64,000 bases of DNA, taken from positions 5,312,001 through 5,376,000 of the forward strand of contig OZ245742.1 of the NCBI GenBank assembly GCA_965227295.1, read 5' to 3'. The stretch comes from Leptonemataceae bacterium (GTDB lineage: Bacteria; Spirochaetota; Leptospiria; Leptospirales; Leptonemataceae). Position 1 is the first letter of the stretch, and each line of letters opens with the position of its first letter. Made by a program: the position numbers and the translations under genes. The notes beneath the pieces are model-generated. The model had not been told where the DNA came from. It did no database searches and saw nothing but the letters and a program-made list of their open reading frames with translations. Below are positions 1 to 10,777 of this stretch, piece after piece.

Positions 1-1
1 T

Positions 2-742
2 AAACGTCTGGAAGAAACCCTGCGCGCGGATCCGAAGATCAGCCACGTGGCCGCGGTGCACTGTGAAACGACGACGGGCATGCTGAATCCGGCGGCGGAG
101 ATCGGTCGCATCGTAACTTCCAGCGGGCGCATGTTTATCCTGGACGCCATGAGTTCTTTCGGCGGCACGGACTTTGATCCAGTGAGTGCCGGGGCGGACT
201 TTCTCATTTCCAGCGCGAACAAATGCATTCAGGGTGTGCCCGGTTTCGGATTCATCGTGGCACGCCGGGAAGCCATGCAGTCGTGCGCGGGCCGGGCGCG
301 TTCGTTGTCGTTGGATCTGTACGATCAGTGGCAGTGCATGGAAGAACAAAACGGGAAGTGGCGCTTCACGTCACCGACCCATACGGTGCGCGCTTTCGCC
401 CGGGCCCTGGAAGAACTTACAGAAGAAGGCGGCATCCAGGTGCGCGCGAAACGTTACCGGGAAAACCATCGCCGCCTGGTCGCGGGCATGCGTGGCCACG
501 GCTTTCGCACGTTGCTTCCCGACGAACTGCAATCTCCCATCATCACCGCCTTTCAGAATCCCGAGCATCCCGAATACGAATTCACAAGATTCTACGACGC
601 GCTGAAAGCGCGCGGCTTCGTGATCTATCCGGGCAAGGTTACTTCGGCGAATACGTTTCGCATCGGTTCGATCGGACACCTGTTTCCGGAGGACGTGGAT
701 CGCCTGATCGACGCCGTCGGCGCGGCGATCTACTGGCAATGA
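2..742 (+). CDS. phnW: 2-aminoethylphosphonate-pyruvate transaminase (5' truncated by window edge)
   Basis: Frame open from base 2; motifs [25 protein letters not shown] (PLP lysine), [13 protein letters not shown]. Confidence 0.93.
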   Translation, partial: KRLEETLRADPKISHVAAVHCETTTGMLNPAAEIGRIVTSSGRMFILDAMSSFGGTDFDPVSAGADFLISSANKCIQGVPGFGFIVARREAMQSCAGRARSLSLDLYDQWQCMEEQNGKWRFTSPTHTVRAFARALEELTEEGGIQVRAKRYRENHRRLVAGMRGHGFRTLLPDELQSPIITAFQNPEHPEYEFTRFYDALKARGFVIYPGKVTSANTFRIGSIGHLFPEDVDRLIDAVGAAIYWQ

Positions 743-2025
743 AGTCCCGGCGCAAAATCCTGTTTCTCGCCGACGACGATCAGGACTTCGTGGGTTCGTT
801 GCGGACGCAACTGCAACACTTCGGCTACGAGATCCGTACGTTCGAAGATCCGAAGCCGTTGCAATCCGCTCTGGGAACCGTAGAAGACGACGAAACGCCC
901 GCGGCCATCTTGCTGGACATCATGTTCTCCGGGGACTACCACGCCGGTCTGCGGGCCGCGGAGCGCCTGGGCCGCGACGACGTGCCGGTGCTGTTTCTTT
1001 CGGCGCGGGACGATCTGACCGCGCGCATCGAAGCCATTCGCGCCGGCGGTGCGGGTTATTTCTCGAAACCCGTGCAGATCGGCGCCCTGGTGGACCGCCT
1101 CGACGAAATCTTCCAGGCCGCCACCGCCGATCCGTACCGCATTCTCATTCTGGAAGCCGACCGCAAGATCGCCGAGGAGTACGCCTGGATTCTGGAACGC
1201 GGCGGCATGAGTACTCAGATCGCGGAAGATCCCGAACGCATCTTCGACATCATGACGGAATTCAAGCCGGAGCTGTTGTTGTTGGAACACGATCTAAAAA
1301 CACATACCGGCGGCGAGATCGCCCGCGCGGTCTCTCAGCACGAGGCCTTCTTCAACGTCCCGGTCGTCTTTCTCTCGGATAAGACCGATCCGAATCTGCA
1401 CTTCGAAATGCTCGCGGCCGGCGGCGACATCTTTCTGAGCAAACCGCTGCTGCCCGAACATTTGTGTACGGTGGTGCGTTCCAAGGCCGCGCGTTCGCGT
1501 AAGGTCCATTCCCTGGCGGTGCGTGACGGACTCACGGGACTCTTGAACCACGCGGCGGCGAAGGACGAACTGATCGCCCTCTTCGCGCAGGCGGAACGTC
1601 AGAAAGCGCATCTCTCGGCGGCCATGCTCGACCTGGATCGCTTTAAAGAAATCAACGATACCTACGGCCACGCCGCCGGGGACCGCGTGCTCATGGCCCT
1701 GGCACGGATCTTAAAGCGACGGCTGCGCAAGTCGGACGTGGTGGCGCGCTACGGCGGCGAAGAGTTTTTGATTCTCCTCCCGTTCACGACGGCCGGGGCG
1801 GCGGCCGCGGTCATGAACGAGGTCCGCAAGAACTTCGGCTCCCTGGAACACTCGGCCTCCCACGATCGTCGCTACCGCTGCACGTTCAGTTGCGGCATCG
1901 CCGATCGTTCGTTTGAAAAGGGCGGCGGGGATCCGGACGAGCTGGTGGACGCGGCGGACCGAGCACTCTACCGGGCGAAGCAGGACGGCCGGGACCGGGT
2001 CCGCATCTTCCGTGACAATTCGTAA
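739..2025 (+). CDS. Response-regulator diguanylate cyclase (REC-REC-GGDEF)
   Basis: ATG at 739 overlaps phnW stop (ATGA); REC1 LADDD..LLDIMF..SKP; REC2 [33 protein letters not shown]-site, GGEEF. Confidence 0.92.
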   Translation: MKSRRKILFLADDDQDFVGSLRTQLQHFGYEIRTFEDPKPLQSALGTVEDDETPAAILLDIMFSGDYHAGLRAAERLGRDDVPVLFLSARDDLTARIEAIRAGGAGYFSKPVQIGALVDRLDEIFQAATADPYRILILEADRKIAEEYAWILERGGMSTQIAEDPERIFDIMTEFKPELLLLEHDLKTHTGGEIARAVSQHEAFFNVPVVFLSDKTDPNLHFEMLAAGGDIFLSKPLLPEHLCTVVRSKAARSRKVHSLAVRDGLTGLLNHAAAKDELIALFAQAERQKAHLSAAMLDLDRFKEINDTYGHAAGDRVLMALARILKRRLRKSDVVARYGGEEFLILLPFTTAGAAAAVMNEVRKNFGSLEHSASHDRRYRCTFSCGIADRSFEKGGGDPDELVDAADRALYRAKQDGRDRVRIFRDNS

Positions 2026-2033
2026 GATCGAAC

Positions 2034-2765
2034 TTACTGATTGTTAGCAGCCGGTTCTTTAGAATCGGCCGACTCGTTCGACTCCGGACGCCGTTCGAGG
2101 TTGGTCAGCACTTCGCTGTTGTAATTTTCGGGGAAGCCGCTTTCCGCAGCGGCGTTTAATCTGCCGGCGGCGCCCCGACGATAACAGACCTCGGGCAGGC
2201 TCGCCTCCGAATCTTCGTACTGCCATTCAAAGCAAACCTGCTCTTCACGAATTCGCCAGGTACCCGCGATCTGTACACAATCACAACCGGACACGTCGCA
2301 GCCGCCGAAGAGCCGGGCCTCAAAGCTACCGTCCTCATTCACCGCAATGCGCGAACGTTCGCCGTCGCAAAGATTCTCGCCCTGCCAGACACCGACGTAT
2401 TGCGCATCCTTTTCCGGACGTACGCCGGGGCTCACCTCACGTTCCTGGCCCAGGTAACCACCGAAGACCCAGCCCTCCACGGCGCCGTGGCGCACACGGA
2501 CCCAGGGCGCTTCGATGTTATCGATGGTCACGGGAGCGCTCTCTTCGAGGATCTCCACCCGGGTTCCCTGGGGCAACAGTCCGAGCCGCGTGGACTCGGT
2601 GTTCGGTTCCGAACGCATGCGGAGTCCGGACGACGCGCTTACGAAACGAAACTCCGCCTCGCCCGGCTGCGAAGTTTCGGAACCGCAAGCAAGCAGTAAC
2701 ATTACAAGAAGAGAACTTAGTATCTTAGACTTTGCCGTGAAAAACATAAGTTTGGTTCGATTCAT
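2034..2765 (-). CDS. SH3b-domain lipoprotein
   Basis: Lipobox-like LLLAC; SH3b-like VSASSGLRMRSEP...W.RVR...EGWVFGGYL; Cys-containing C-terminal domain; start at 2765 or 2747. Confidence 0.75.
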   Translation of the reverse strand: MNRTKLMFFTAKSKILSSLLVMLLLACGSETSQPGEAEFRFVSASSGLRMRSEPNTESTRLGLLPQGTRVEILEESAPVTIDNIEAPWVRVRHGAVEGWVFGGYLGQEREVSPGVRPEKDAQYVGVWQGENLCDGERSRIAVNEDGSFEARLFGGCDVSGCDCVQIAGTWRIREEQVCFEWQYEDSEASLPEVCYRRGAAGRLNAAAESGFPENYNSEVLTNLERRPESNESADSKEPAANNQ

Positions 2766-2775
2766 TTTACGATTA

Positions 2776-2811
2776 TTTGGGCGCCTCGCCGCCTTCGGCG
2801 TCGACCGGGCT
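2776..2811 (+). repeat. Truncated 5' part of the structured intergenic repeat
   Basis: TTTGGGCG-CCTCGCCGCCTTCGGCGTCG-ACCGGGCT matches the 5' end of the copies at 22022 and 22284; followed by CCTCGGT units. Confidence 0.75.
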
Positions 2812-2854
2812 GGAAAACCTCGGTCCCTCGGTCCTCGGAGTTCATCTCCTGCTT

Positions 2855-4000
2855 TCAAATCCGCACTTCAATCGCCGCAGCAGTGCGTTCCATGTCGAAG
2901 TCCCGGCGCGCGATGTCCTTCGCGTTGCGACCGAAACGTTTGCGCAGTTTCTCGGACTCCGCCAGTTGGCGCATACGTTCCGTGGTCTCTTCGACGTTGC
3001 CTGGCGCCACCACGAATCCGGAGACGCCGTGCCGGACAATCTCTTCGACGCCGCCCAATCTTCCGGAGATGACGGGAATGCCGAAGTGCGCCGCTTCCAT
3101 GAAGACCATGCCCAACGACTCCACGTCGTCCTCGACCTCCCGGCCCGGCTGGATGAGTATATCGGCGCGTTGAAACAACGAGGCCAGCGCCGCGTCGTTC
3201 AGGAAGCCGGTCATGGAAACCATCTCCTGTAGTTCGTGAATGCGCACGAGTTCCTTCAAGTATGTGTACTCCGGTCCGGAACCGGTCAAGACGAAATGCA
3301 GGTGATGCCGCAGATCACGCAGTTCGCGCAGGGCCTGAATGGCCACATCGAAACCCTTGCGCGGCAAAAACGGCCCCAGGCCGAGCATCAGCACTCTATT
3401 TTTGACACGGGACTGCAATTTTTCCGGAAGCGGATTGCGGCGGCGCCCGGTCCAGCGCGGTTCGAATCCCGGCGGCAGCACCGTAATGCGTTCTTCGGGA
3501 ATGCCGTAACCGCGCGCGTCGCGGGCCAGGTAACGTGAGATGGCGAAGATGTTGCGCGCCCCCATAACCAGCCGGCGCTCCAGGATGCGCGTGAAGCCGA
3601 GTTTGTTTTTCAGATTACCGCCGGTCAAAAAGACGGAGTACGGAATGCCGGCCAGGTACGCGCGCGTGGCGATGATGCGCGAGGTGCGATTGATGTCGCT
3701 CAGGAGAATGTGATCCGGACGGAATTGATCGAGGCGCTCGCGAAACAACGCCTCGATGCCCTCGCGGCGGCGGCGATTCCAGAAACCGTTCTGCACGCCG
3801 CTGGTGCGATAAACGGCATACGCTTCTTTTTGATCGAAGCTGCGAATGTCTGAATCGTTGCAGAAGTAGTGCCGCCGGTCGGCGGCCACCAGGACCTCCA
3901 CGTCCTCCGGCTGCCACTGCCGAACGATGCCGGTGAAGAGCGCTTCCAGTCCGCCAGGTTCCGGCCGGAAAAAATCCGTCAGCAGCAGGACTCGTTTCAT
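2855..4000 (-). CDS. Glycosyltransferase family 4 (GT-B)
   Basis: N-terminal TDFFRPEPGG, RKGFD, ESLGMVFMEA (E-X7-E), GGVEEIV..GVSGFVV. Confidence 0.92.
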   Translation of the reverse strand: MKRVLLLTDFFRPEPGGLEALFTGIVRQWQPEDVEVLVAADRRHYFCNDSDIRSFDQKEAYAVYRTSGVQNGFWNRRRREGIEALFRERLDQFRPDHILLSDINRTSRIIATRAYLAGIPYSVFLTGGNLKNKLGFTRILERRLVMGARNIFAISRYLARDARGYGIPEERITVLPPGFEPRWTGRRRNPLPEKLQSRVKNRVLMLGLGPFLPRKGFDVAIQALRELRDLRHHLHFVLTGSGPEYTYLKELVRIHELQEMVSMTGFLNDAALASLFQRADILIQPGREVEDDVESLGMVFMEAAHFGIPVISGRLGGVEEIVRHGVSGFVVAPGNVEETTERMRQLAESEKLRKRFGRNAKDIARRDFDMERTAAAIEVRI

Positions 4001-4152
4001 CGTCTCTCAACGGGAGAAAAAATTCGAAAGTGCGGAACAGGGCTCCAAAAAACGCGGAACGATTGAATCTTTAAATACCTTCCTTCGGGGTGAAACATGC
4101 AAACCCAACCAGAGTCCATGTACGATTCGGGCAAACACGGGGCAACCCGAAA

Positions 4153-7100
4153 ATGCGAAGCCCGCAGAGCCTTCGCATTTACCGTGTTTCGTCACCGTTC
4201 TTCCTCTTGCTCTGCTGCTTCCTGCGCTGTGCGGCGCACGATGGTCCGGCACCGTTTCTGTTCGCCGCGCCGCCCGGCGGGCCGGTCCCCTATCTGGATT
4301 TCGCGTGGATAGAACTTACCGGTGCGGGCAGCTTTCCCGCCCTGCCCGCATCCATCGCGGGGGATTCGCTCCCGCCCGGGCTGTCGCGGCGACCGGCCGT
4401 CCTGCGCCTGGAAGATGGGCGTTTCTGTCTCTCCGCCGTGCCGATTTTTTACGCACGCGAGGAACAGGGTGCCGGCCTGCGTTTTCTCCACTGCGGTGAA
4501 GCCTGGCGCAACCCGGAGCTGCAATCCGTCCTCACCGTGCTTACGGAATCTCCGGACCCCGCGGCCACGGCCTACCCGACGTACGTCGGTCCGGGCGTGT
4601 CGATCTTTATTGCGCGCCCCGCCGAACTCCGGGCACGCATCGGCACTGTCCTTGCCTCGGTCGACGGGGCTCCGAGCGCGCAACTCCCCGGCTGGAAACT
4701 CGCCGGGCGGGATCTGCGTTACAGTTACTCCGGCTCCGGGGAGCCCGCGGCCCCGCCGGCCCTGCCCCGGCGATTTCCTCTGAGTTACTTTCATTTACTG
4801 TTAACGCAGGAGCATGCGTATCTCGCGTACGAATTCGAGTCTTCCGGCGATCGCCTGCTCGTAATCGCCCTGCACGATGCCGGCCTGAGCACAACGCTGC
4901 TCGCGGCCCTGCAACGCCTGCGCGGCGTGCAACACGATGTACTGCAGCGCGCCGGCCGCGACGGTGTTCATCCCGCGGAGGACTATGTCAGCGAGCTTTA
5001 CTTTCGTGACCAGGGCCCGGCCGACGAGTACATTGAGTTCGCGGGCGACAACGAGAGCCGGCTCATAGAAATCCGCTTCGCCGCGGACGGCAAACCGTAC
5101 GCAGGACGCTCGGAGATCTTCCTATTCCCGCACGCGGCTTATCTTCTAACTCACAAAGATCATAAGTTAAATCTCAAGCGAGAACTCACGTTTCCCAACG
5201 GCCGTTCTCTGCGCCTCGCGGATATGCAACCCGCCTCCGGACTTCGGGCATTCGTTCGCGAGGCCGGGATGGACCCGCAGCCGTTAGGGCCGGCCCTGCA
5301 GTGTTACGGCGGTGCCGGTCCGTGCGGATCGGCGGGACTCGCTCCGACCTTCGCGAGATCCGCCTCCGCGCAGACCGGAGGCGCCGGGGCATGCAGCACG
5401 GAAGATGTAAGCCTGTCCGAGCTGAACTTTAGCGGCGTCTTCGAGCCGCAGTCCGGGCGCATCCAGGCCGGCGGCCGATTCGTCGAAGTCGAACTGCGCT
5501 CCGATTGTCGCCCCGACTCGCTCGCGCTCATCGCCGGGAATGCCGTAGTGGAATTCGGGCGGCAGCCCGCCCGGCGCGTGCTGTTCACGGCCGACGGTGA
5601 GTACTTCGCCGATCTTCCCGGGCAGGCACGTCTGGTGTTGCATTCGAAGCTCCGACACCTCACCGCCGACGATACGATCCTGGTCCATGACTGGCGCAGC
5701 GGCCGGCAGCGAATCCTTCGTTACGGAGAAGACGTTGCTCATTGGACCGGTACCGCCCGGACAGACAGTGCACCGTTGCGCGCGGTGCATTCGCTGGAGT
5801 TCGCGGGGACCCCGGCGCCGGACTACACGGGCCCGCGCGCGATCGGACTACGCCCGGACCTGCTCGCCGACAACGCCATGACTCCAGGCCATGCCGGAGT
5901 TTCGGAAACGACGTCGGAAGATCTCCCGACCTTCGCCGAGATCCTGCCCCAGGGCGGGCGGAATGCAGACGGCGTTTCCCTGCCGGACGAAGAGTTCATT
6001 GAGTTCCGGAACGCGCTAACATCAGGCAAACACAATCTAACGATGCTTGAGCTGGAGGTCGTGCGCGAGCGGGACGGCGACCGGCGGCGCTACCGGTTCC
6101 CCGCCATGCCCGGCGTAGCGCGCTTCACAATCGCCGACGGCGAACCCGAGTGCTTCGCCGCCGGGCCCGGCCTCCGGCTCAACGATCTGCACCTGCCCAA
6201 CGAGGCGGCCGTCTACCGGCTGCGCAACAACACGGGCACGCTGGTAGACGAACTGCGCATCGATGCATCGACCTATGCTCGACTCGACGGGGATCCGCGC
6301 ACGAGCCTGAGCCGCTGCTTCGGCTGCGCAACCGACGGCGAACCGGTATGGCGGCCGACGGACGGCGAGGCCGCCCGCAGCGATCTTTGCGCCGGCCGCA
6401 CCTACGCCAGCCCCGGCCGCCCGGAATCCTTCCGGCCCTTTCTGAGCACGGAAGCACTAACTTCCAGTACACGCAGGTTTACACTTCACAGCGACGTTGA
6501 CCGGGAACTGCATTTCCTGGCCGGCAACGATTTGAATACGCCCGCGTTGCGTGCGCAGGCCCCGGACCGGATCTCGGTCCGGCTGTCTCCCGGACAGTCC
6601 TTCGAGTTCACGCCGTCTTTTACCGGAAATCGCTTCCGTGCGATCTATGCCGTAAGCGACAACGGCGATGCGATCCTCGCCTTCGGTGAGGCGCATCCGC
6701 CCGGCCGGCACGTGCTGGCAGTCCACGCCGTTTCTCCCACGCCCGGCCCCGGCGCTTATGAATGGTTCCGCGTTTGTTCGCCCGACGGCTTTGCCCTGGA
6801 ACCTGGAACAAGCCTGCACATCCGTGACGGCGGCGGCTTCGAAGACGAGCTCATCTCGTACGCCGAACGTTTCCCGCAACGCAACCTGCCCCCGGCGTTC
6901 CGGCACTCAACGGAAACGGATCTTACGATCCCGCCCGGTCGCTGCGCGGTGATCGTGGATCCCGATGACGAACTCACCGATGCCGGCCGCATACCGCTAC
7001 TGGCCGACGACGTCCGCCTCTGGACCGTCCGTTCGTCCTCTACGATCGGCAACGGCTTGAGTTCCGCGGAAAGCATCCTGCTGTTTCTTCGCCGGGGCAC

Positions 7101-7260
7101 GCAGCACGAACACCTGGCAACCTACGGCCTTCCCGACGGCCCGGAGTCCTTCGGCCTCGGCAGCAGCGGCGGGTACTACGTGCGTCGCATCGACGTTATG
7201 CACGACAACGACCGGCCGGAGTCCTACGTCGTAGACCGACTCCCGGAGGTGGCCCCGTGA
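4153..7260 (+). CDS. Large putative lipoprotein with several lamin-tail-domain (LTD)-like modules
   Basis: Hydrophobic leader ending in Cys (FFLLLCCFLRC); four segments resembling the LTD I-N-E-I...E-W/F-I-E-L pattern (VSELYF..EYIEF; LSELNF..FVEVE; FAEILP..EFIEFRN; HAVSP..EWFRV); start uncertain (4090/4153). Confidence 0.65.
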   Translation: MRSPQSLRIYRVSSPFFLLLCCFLRCAAHDGPAPFLFAAPPGGPVPYLDFAWIELTGAGSFPALPASIAGDSLPPGLSRRPAVLRLEDGRFCLSAVPIFYAREEQGAGLRFLHCGEAWRNPELQSVLTVLTESPDPAATAYPTYVGPGVSIFIARPAELRARIGTVLASVDGAPSAQLPGWKLAGRDLRYSYSGSGEPAAPPALPRRFPLSYFHLLLTQEHAYLAYEFESSGDRLLVIALHDAGLSTTLLAALQRLRGVQHDVLQRAGRDGVHPAEDYVSELYFRDQGPADEYIEFAGDNESRLIEIRFAADGKPYAGRSEIFLFPHAAYLLTHKDHKLNLKRELTFPNGRSLRLADMQPASGLRAFVREAGMDPQPLGPALQCYGGAGPCGSAGLAPTFARSASAQTGGAGACSTEDVSLSELNFSGVFEPQSGRIQAGGRFVEVELRSDCRPDSLALIAGNAVVEFGRQPARRVLFTADGEYFADLPGQARLVLHSKLRHLTADDTILVHDWRSGRQRILRYGEDVAHWTGTARTDSAPLRAVHSLEFAGTPAPDYTGPRAIGLRPDLLADNAMTPGHAGVSETTSEDLPTFAEILPQGGRNADGVSLPDEEFIEFRNALTSGKHNLTMLELEVVRERDGDRRRYRFPAMPGVARFTIADGEPECFAAGPGLRLNDLHLPNEAAVYRLRNNTGTLVDELRIDASTYARLDGDPRTSLSRCFGCATDGEPVWRPTDGEAARSDLCAGRTYASPGRPESFRPFLSTEALTSSTRRFTLHSDVDRELHFLAGNDLNTPALRAQAPDRISVRLSPGQSFEFTPSFTGNRFRAIYAVSDNGDAILAFGEAHPPGRHVLAVHAVSPTPGPGAYEWFRVCSPDGFALEPGTSLHIRDGGGFEDELISYAERFPQRNLPPAFRHSTETDLTIPPGRCAVIVDPDDELTDAGRIPLLADDVRLWTVRSSSTIGNGLSSAESILLFLRRGTQHEHLATYGLPDGPESFGLGSSGGYYVRRIDVMHDNDRPESYVVDRLPEVAP

Positions 7261-8924
7261 ACCGTCGCATCGTACTAACTTCATATATACTAACATTAGC
7301 GACGGGGGCCATCTTCGCGCAGGAGATGGAGACCCCGCCCGGGAATGCTCCGATCGAGAAATCCGCGCGAAATCGCTGGCACTTTGAGTTGCAGGCCGGT
7401 GCGGGAGGCGCGCGCATTCGTTCGGCGGGCGAAGGACCGGAGGATTCCTCGCCCGCTTCGCTGACGGATCAGTTTCAATCCGCGGGGATTGTCATCGACA
7501 GTCGTTCCGAAGAGCCGGAAGATTCATCGCCGGACTCCGGCGTACGCGCGCTCTTTCGCCTGCGCGCGGGATTGCAGTTGAGCCTCGGCGAACATCGCTA
7601 TGCGCGCCGTAGTTCCACTGACGGGCGCCGTGAAGACGAAGCCGTACAATCCTTTGCAGTGCTCCCGGGCAACGATCTATACGCGGGCGTGAGTTTCTGC
7701 AGTGCCCCGGAGAATGCCGCCCCGTTAGAGTCTACTGAAAATACATTAACGGATAACCTTGAATGCGCTTTTCTTCTGGGGCGCGCGGGCGGCGATCCGC
7801 TGTTCCATCGTTTAAGCGGCAGCCACGGTTCACTAACGGGTGTGCATCTCACCTTTGCCCTGCCCCTGACGGGACGCCTGGTGATCAGTCCGCTCCACCG
7901 GCCGGAACTCGCCGGCACCTACCTGGAAGCACGGGATGATCCGCGCGCGGACGCTTACGCCGGCCGCACGGCCATCCCCGGTATGTATTACGGCGCGAAC
8001 CGTCGCGACGCGGACTTCTTTACGGTAGCGCGGAGCGCCGAAGCCTACGGGAGCCGCGCCGCCTTCACGGCCGGTCATTCCATTTTTCGCATCGGGTTCA
8101 GCTATGATCATCAGTTGCGCCGGGACTCCGCTCCCCGGGAGATCCCCGACGAACAGCGCCGGCTCGATCACATCGAATACACCGGCTTCGGGCTCGGCCT
8201 GAGCAACGATCACTTAGCTTCCACAAAAGATACATTAGTATACCACGCCTTCGTCCACCTGGAACGTTCGGCGGGTTCCTACCGTACGTTGCTCGCGGAC
8301 GAAAACGCGGAACGCTCCACGCGCATAGAAGGACACGCCCTGTCCACCGGGGCCGGCCTGAGCTACGGCCGTCTGGCGTTCGGGTTGGCTTTTTTTCTAC
8401 CGGAGCCGGGACGAACCACTGAAGGCTCGAATCCTGTCTCCGTCGAAGAGAGTGGTTACGTGGGCTTCGGTGATAGTTTGATCCATGCGCCCATACTCAG
8501 CGACACTCTGAACGCCCGGGCCTTTCCGTCGGCGTGCCCGTACGCCGCGGCGTGTCACGGTCTGCTCACGGAAACCAACGCGGACGGGGAAGGCTTTCGC
8601 AATCACGCGGCGATGTTTTCCGCGCATGTAACGTATCGCGGGGAGCGCGTGTTCGTACGCCCTTCGGTAACGGTGTTTTCCATGCTCGCGAAACGGCCCG
8701 CGACGGGCGGCGGCACTACGCCCTTTGCGAAACTGAAGAAGGATCCGCACGGCTTTGAGTTTCGCGAGTACGATCTGCGGCTCGGCTACGCCATTCCCGA
8801 CGGCGCCCTGGAGTTGCTCTACGCGCGTCTGTATCGCCGCGGCGGCTCCGGCACCGGAGGCGTTGATCGCCGGGAACGGCTCAAGGGCGAGGCGTTGTTC
8901 CTGCGCTTTCGTTACTATCTTTAA
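7257..8924 (+). CDS. Putative outer-membrane beta-barrel protein
   Basis: GTGA overlap with upstream stop; Sec signal peptide (..GAIFA-Q); amphipathic strands; aromatic C-terminus ALFLRFRYYL. Confidence 0.6.
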   Translation: MNRRIVLTSYILTLATGAIFAQEMETPPGNAPIEKSARNRWHFELQAGAGGARIRSAGEGPEDSSPASLTDQFQSAGIVIDSRSEEPEDSSPDSGVRALFRLRAGLQLSLGEHRYARRSSTDGRREDEAVQSFAVLPGNDLYAGVSFCSAPENAAPLESTENTLTDNLECAFLLGRAGGDPLFHRLSGSHGSLTGVHLTFALPLTGRLVISPLHRPELAGTYLEARDDPRADAYAGRTAIPGMYYGANRRDADFFTVARSAEAYGSRAAFTAGHSIFRIGFSYDHQLRRDSAPREIPDEQRRLDHIEYTGFGLGLSNDHLASTKDTLVYHAFVHLERSAGSYRTLLADENAERSTRIEGHALSTGAGLSYGRLAFGLAFFLPEPGRTTEGSNPVSVEESGYVGFGDSLIHAPILSDTLNARAFPSACPYAAACHGLLTETNADGEGFRNHAAMFSAHVTYRGERVFVRPSVTVFSMLAKRPATGGGTTPFAKLKKDPHGFEFREYDLRLGYAIPDGALELLYARLYRRGGSGTGGVDRRERLKGEALFLRFRYYL

Positions 8925-8959
8925 GTTTCGGAAAAATTACTCTAATAACGGAGGCCTTT

Positions 8960-10762
8960 ATGCATTCTCGGTACAGTATTCGATTATTCGTCCTGCTCAC
9001 GCTCCTCTCGCGCTGCACAACCGGAGGCGAAGACCCGGCACCGGCCTGGCTGCTGCCCGGTCCGTTCCTGGAGCCGCCGGGAACAATGCGCACTTACTTT
9101 ACGTATCCGCAGTCCGACGCCGGCATTCCGGATCGTTTTCGTGCACGCAACGCCGTGCTGGATCGCATCCACGGGGCGGCCGGACGCATCGATGCCTTCG
9201 TCTACGGCTTCAACGAGCCGGAGATGATCGCGGCTTTGCGCCGGGCCAGGGACCGCGGCATCGCACTGCGCATCATCGGTTCGCCGGACCAGGGCTACAC
9301 CGAGGCCGAATCGGCGGGCCTGACGATCGAACGACGCGCGAAGTCGGGTCTCCAGCACGTAAAGCTGTTGCTCATCGACGATCGATTCTTAATTTCCGGT
9401 ACGGGAAACTTTACGCGCAGTGGTTTCTTTCAGAATCACAACGTCTTCTTCGAACGCATCGTCGATCCGGCGACGGCCGCGCGGGTTCGTCGGAGTTTGC
9501 TCTTCGAAGATGAACCCTCCCTGCCGGCCGTCATCGATCTCGGCCCGGCGCCGTTTTCACCGGTTCGCGACCGCGCCTTCTTCGCGCCGCGCCACGGTCG
9601 GCTCATCCAACGCGAGATCGTCCGGGCCATCCTGGCGGCAAAGCACAGCGTTCGTTTTTTGATCTTCAGCTACACCGACCCGGTGATCTCGGCCGCCCTC
9701 TATGCTCAGGCCCGACGGGGAATTGCGATCGAGGGCGTCTTTGATGACGAGTTCAATCGCGGCGAATTGAAAGAGGACCATGCCGGTGCGCGGCTGAACG
9801 CGGGACTCGGCCTCGTCCCGGCCGTGTTCTATTTAGAAGGCAATCGCGCGGTCACGGCGGAGGCGATCGCTACGGACGAAGACGGGGAACCCGAGCAGTT
9901 CGCCTATCACGGCGGCCATCTGCATCACAAAACGCTGATCATCGACGACAAACGCGTTCTTACCGGTTCGTACAACTGGTCGCTCTCGGCGAGGGATCGG
10001 AACCTGGAAATCCTGTTTGATCTGCACGACCCCGCGGTGGCGCGCGGTTTCGTGGAGGAGTTCGAACGCATTCGCGGACGGGCCCGCATTCTGCCCCGCG
10101 CTCCCTTCGATCCCGAAGTGCGCGACCGCATGTTGATCGGCTCGGCCGCGCCCCTGCACTTCGAAGATTACGGCGGCGAAATCCTGGCCTGCGTCCATGC
10201 TAACATGACTTCTCTTGATCTTAGCATATTCTCCGGCCGCGGAGCGTATTTTCGCGGCTATCATTTACCCGGCGGCAACGCCTGCCGCGATCCGGGCCGG
10301 CCGGGACGCGCGTCCTTCGGCCCGCTGTCCGGAACCGGCTACGGCCTGCCGGCGTCCGCCGGAACCAGGATCTTTACGGGCGGCCCCCTGGAGGACGGAA
10401 CCGCCGAAGCGCCGCGGCCGTGCGAGTTCGGCTGCGGAATACTGGAACTGCATCGCGCGCATCCGGAGGACGGCTGGTTCTGGCTGAAGGCTCCCGTCCC
10501 TTTACGTTCAGTGTACGTCTGGAATCGCGGCGGCTTTTCGGCGGAGCTTTCGCTGCAGCGAGTCAGCGGGGATTTTTATCGTTACCCGCCGCCGGAGCCG
10601 GGCGGTGGAGACAACCTGGTCTTCGCGCGGGATGAGTCTGGCGACTTCCGGCTCGGCTGCATAGTCTCCGGCGCCGGCCTGGACCGCGGTCTCCAGGACT
10701 TCCTCGACACCTTCGAGGTCGAAAGCGGGCACCGGCCGCCGTGCATCGCCGCGGAGTTATAG
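8960..10762 (+). CDS. Phospholipase D-superfamily lipoprotein (two HKD motifs; nuclease or phospholipase)
   Basis: HVKLLLIDD..SGTGNFT and HHKTLIIDD..TGSYNWS; lipobox-like LLSRC. Confidence 0.9.
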   Translation: MHSRYSIRLFVLLTLLSRCTTGGEDPAPAWLLPGPFLEPPGTMRTYFTYPQSDAGIPDRFRARNAVLDRIHGAAGRIDAFVYGFNEPEMIAALRRARDRGIALRIIGSPDQGYTEAESAGLTIERRAKSGLQHVKLLLIDDRFLISGTGNFTRSGFFQNHNVFFERIVDPATAARVRRSLLFEDEPSLPAVIDLGPAPFSPVRDRAFFAPRHGRLIQREIVRAILAAKHSVRFLIFSYTDPVISAALYAQARRGIAIEGVFDDEFNRGELKEDHAGARLNAGLGLVPAVFYLEGNRAVTAEAIATDEDGEPEQFAYHGGHLHHKTLIIDDKRVLTGSYNWSLSARDRNLEILFDLHDPAVARGFVEEFERIRGRARILPRAPFDPEVRDRMLIGSAAPLHFEDYGGEILACVHANMTSLDLSIFSGRGAYFRGYHLPGGNACRDPGRPGRASFGPLSGTGYGLPASAGTRIFTGGPLEDGTAEAPRPCEFGCGILELHRAHPEDGWFWLKAPVPLRSVYVWNRGGFSAELSLQRVSGDFYRYPPPEPGGGDNLVFARDESGDFRLGCIVSGAGLDRGLQDFLDTFEVESGHRPPCIAAEL

Positions 10763-10777
10763 CTAACTTTCGATGAG

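Noticed and set aside
223..738. N-terminal 172 aa of the 600-aa ORF 223..2025
   Set aside because: Out-of-frame overlap with phnW; the REC domain begins at ATG 739.
8960..10762. PLD as an anti-phage defence nuclease
   Set aside because: It has a lipoprotein signal and exported neighbours; no helicase, methylase or other defence genes nearby.
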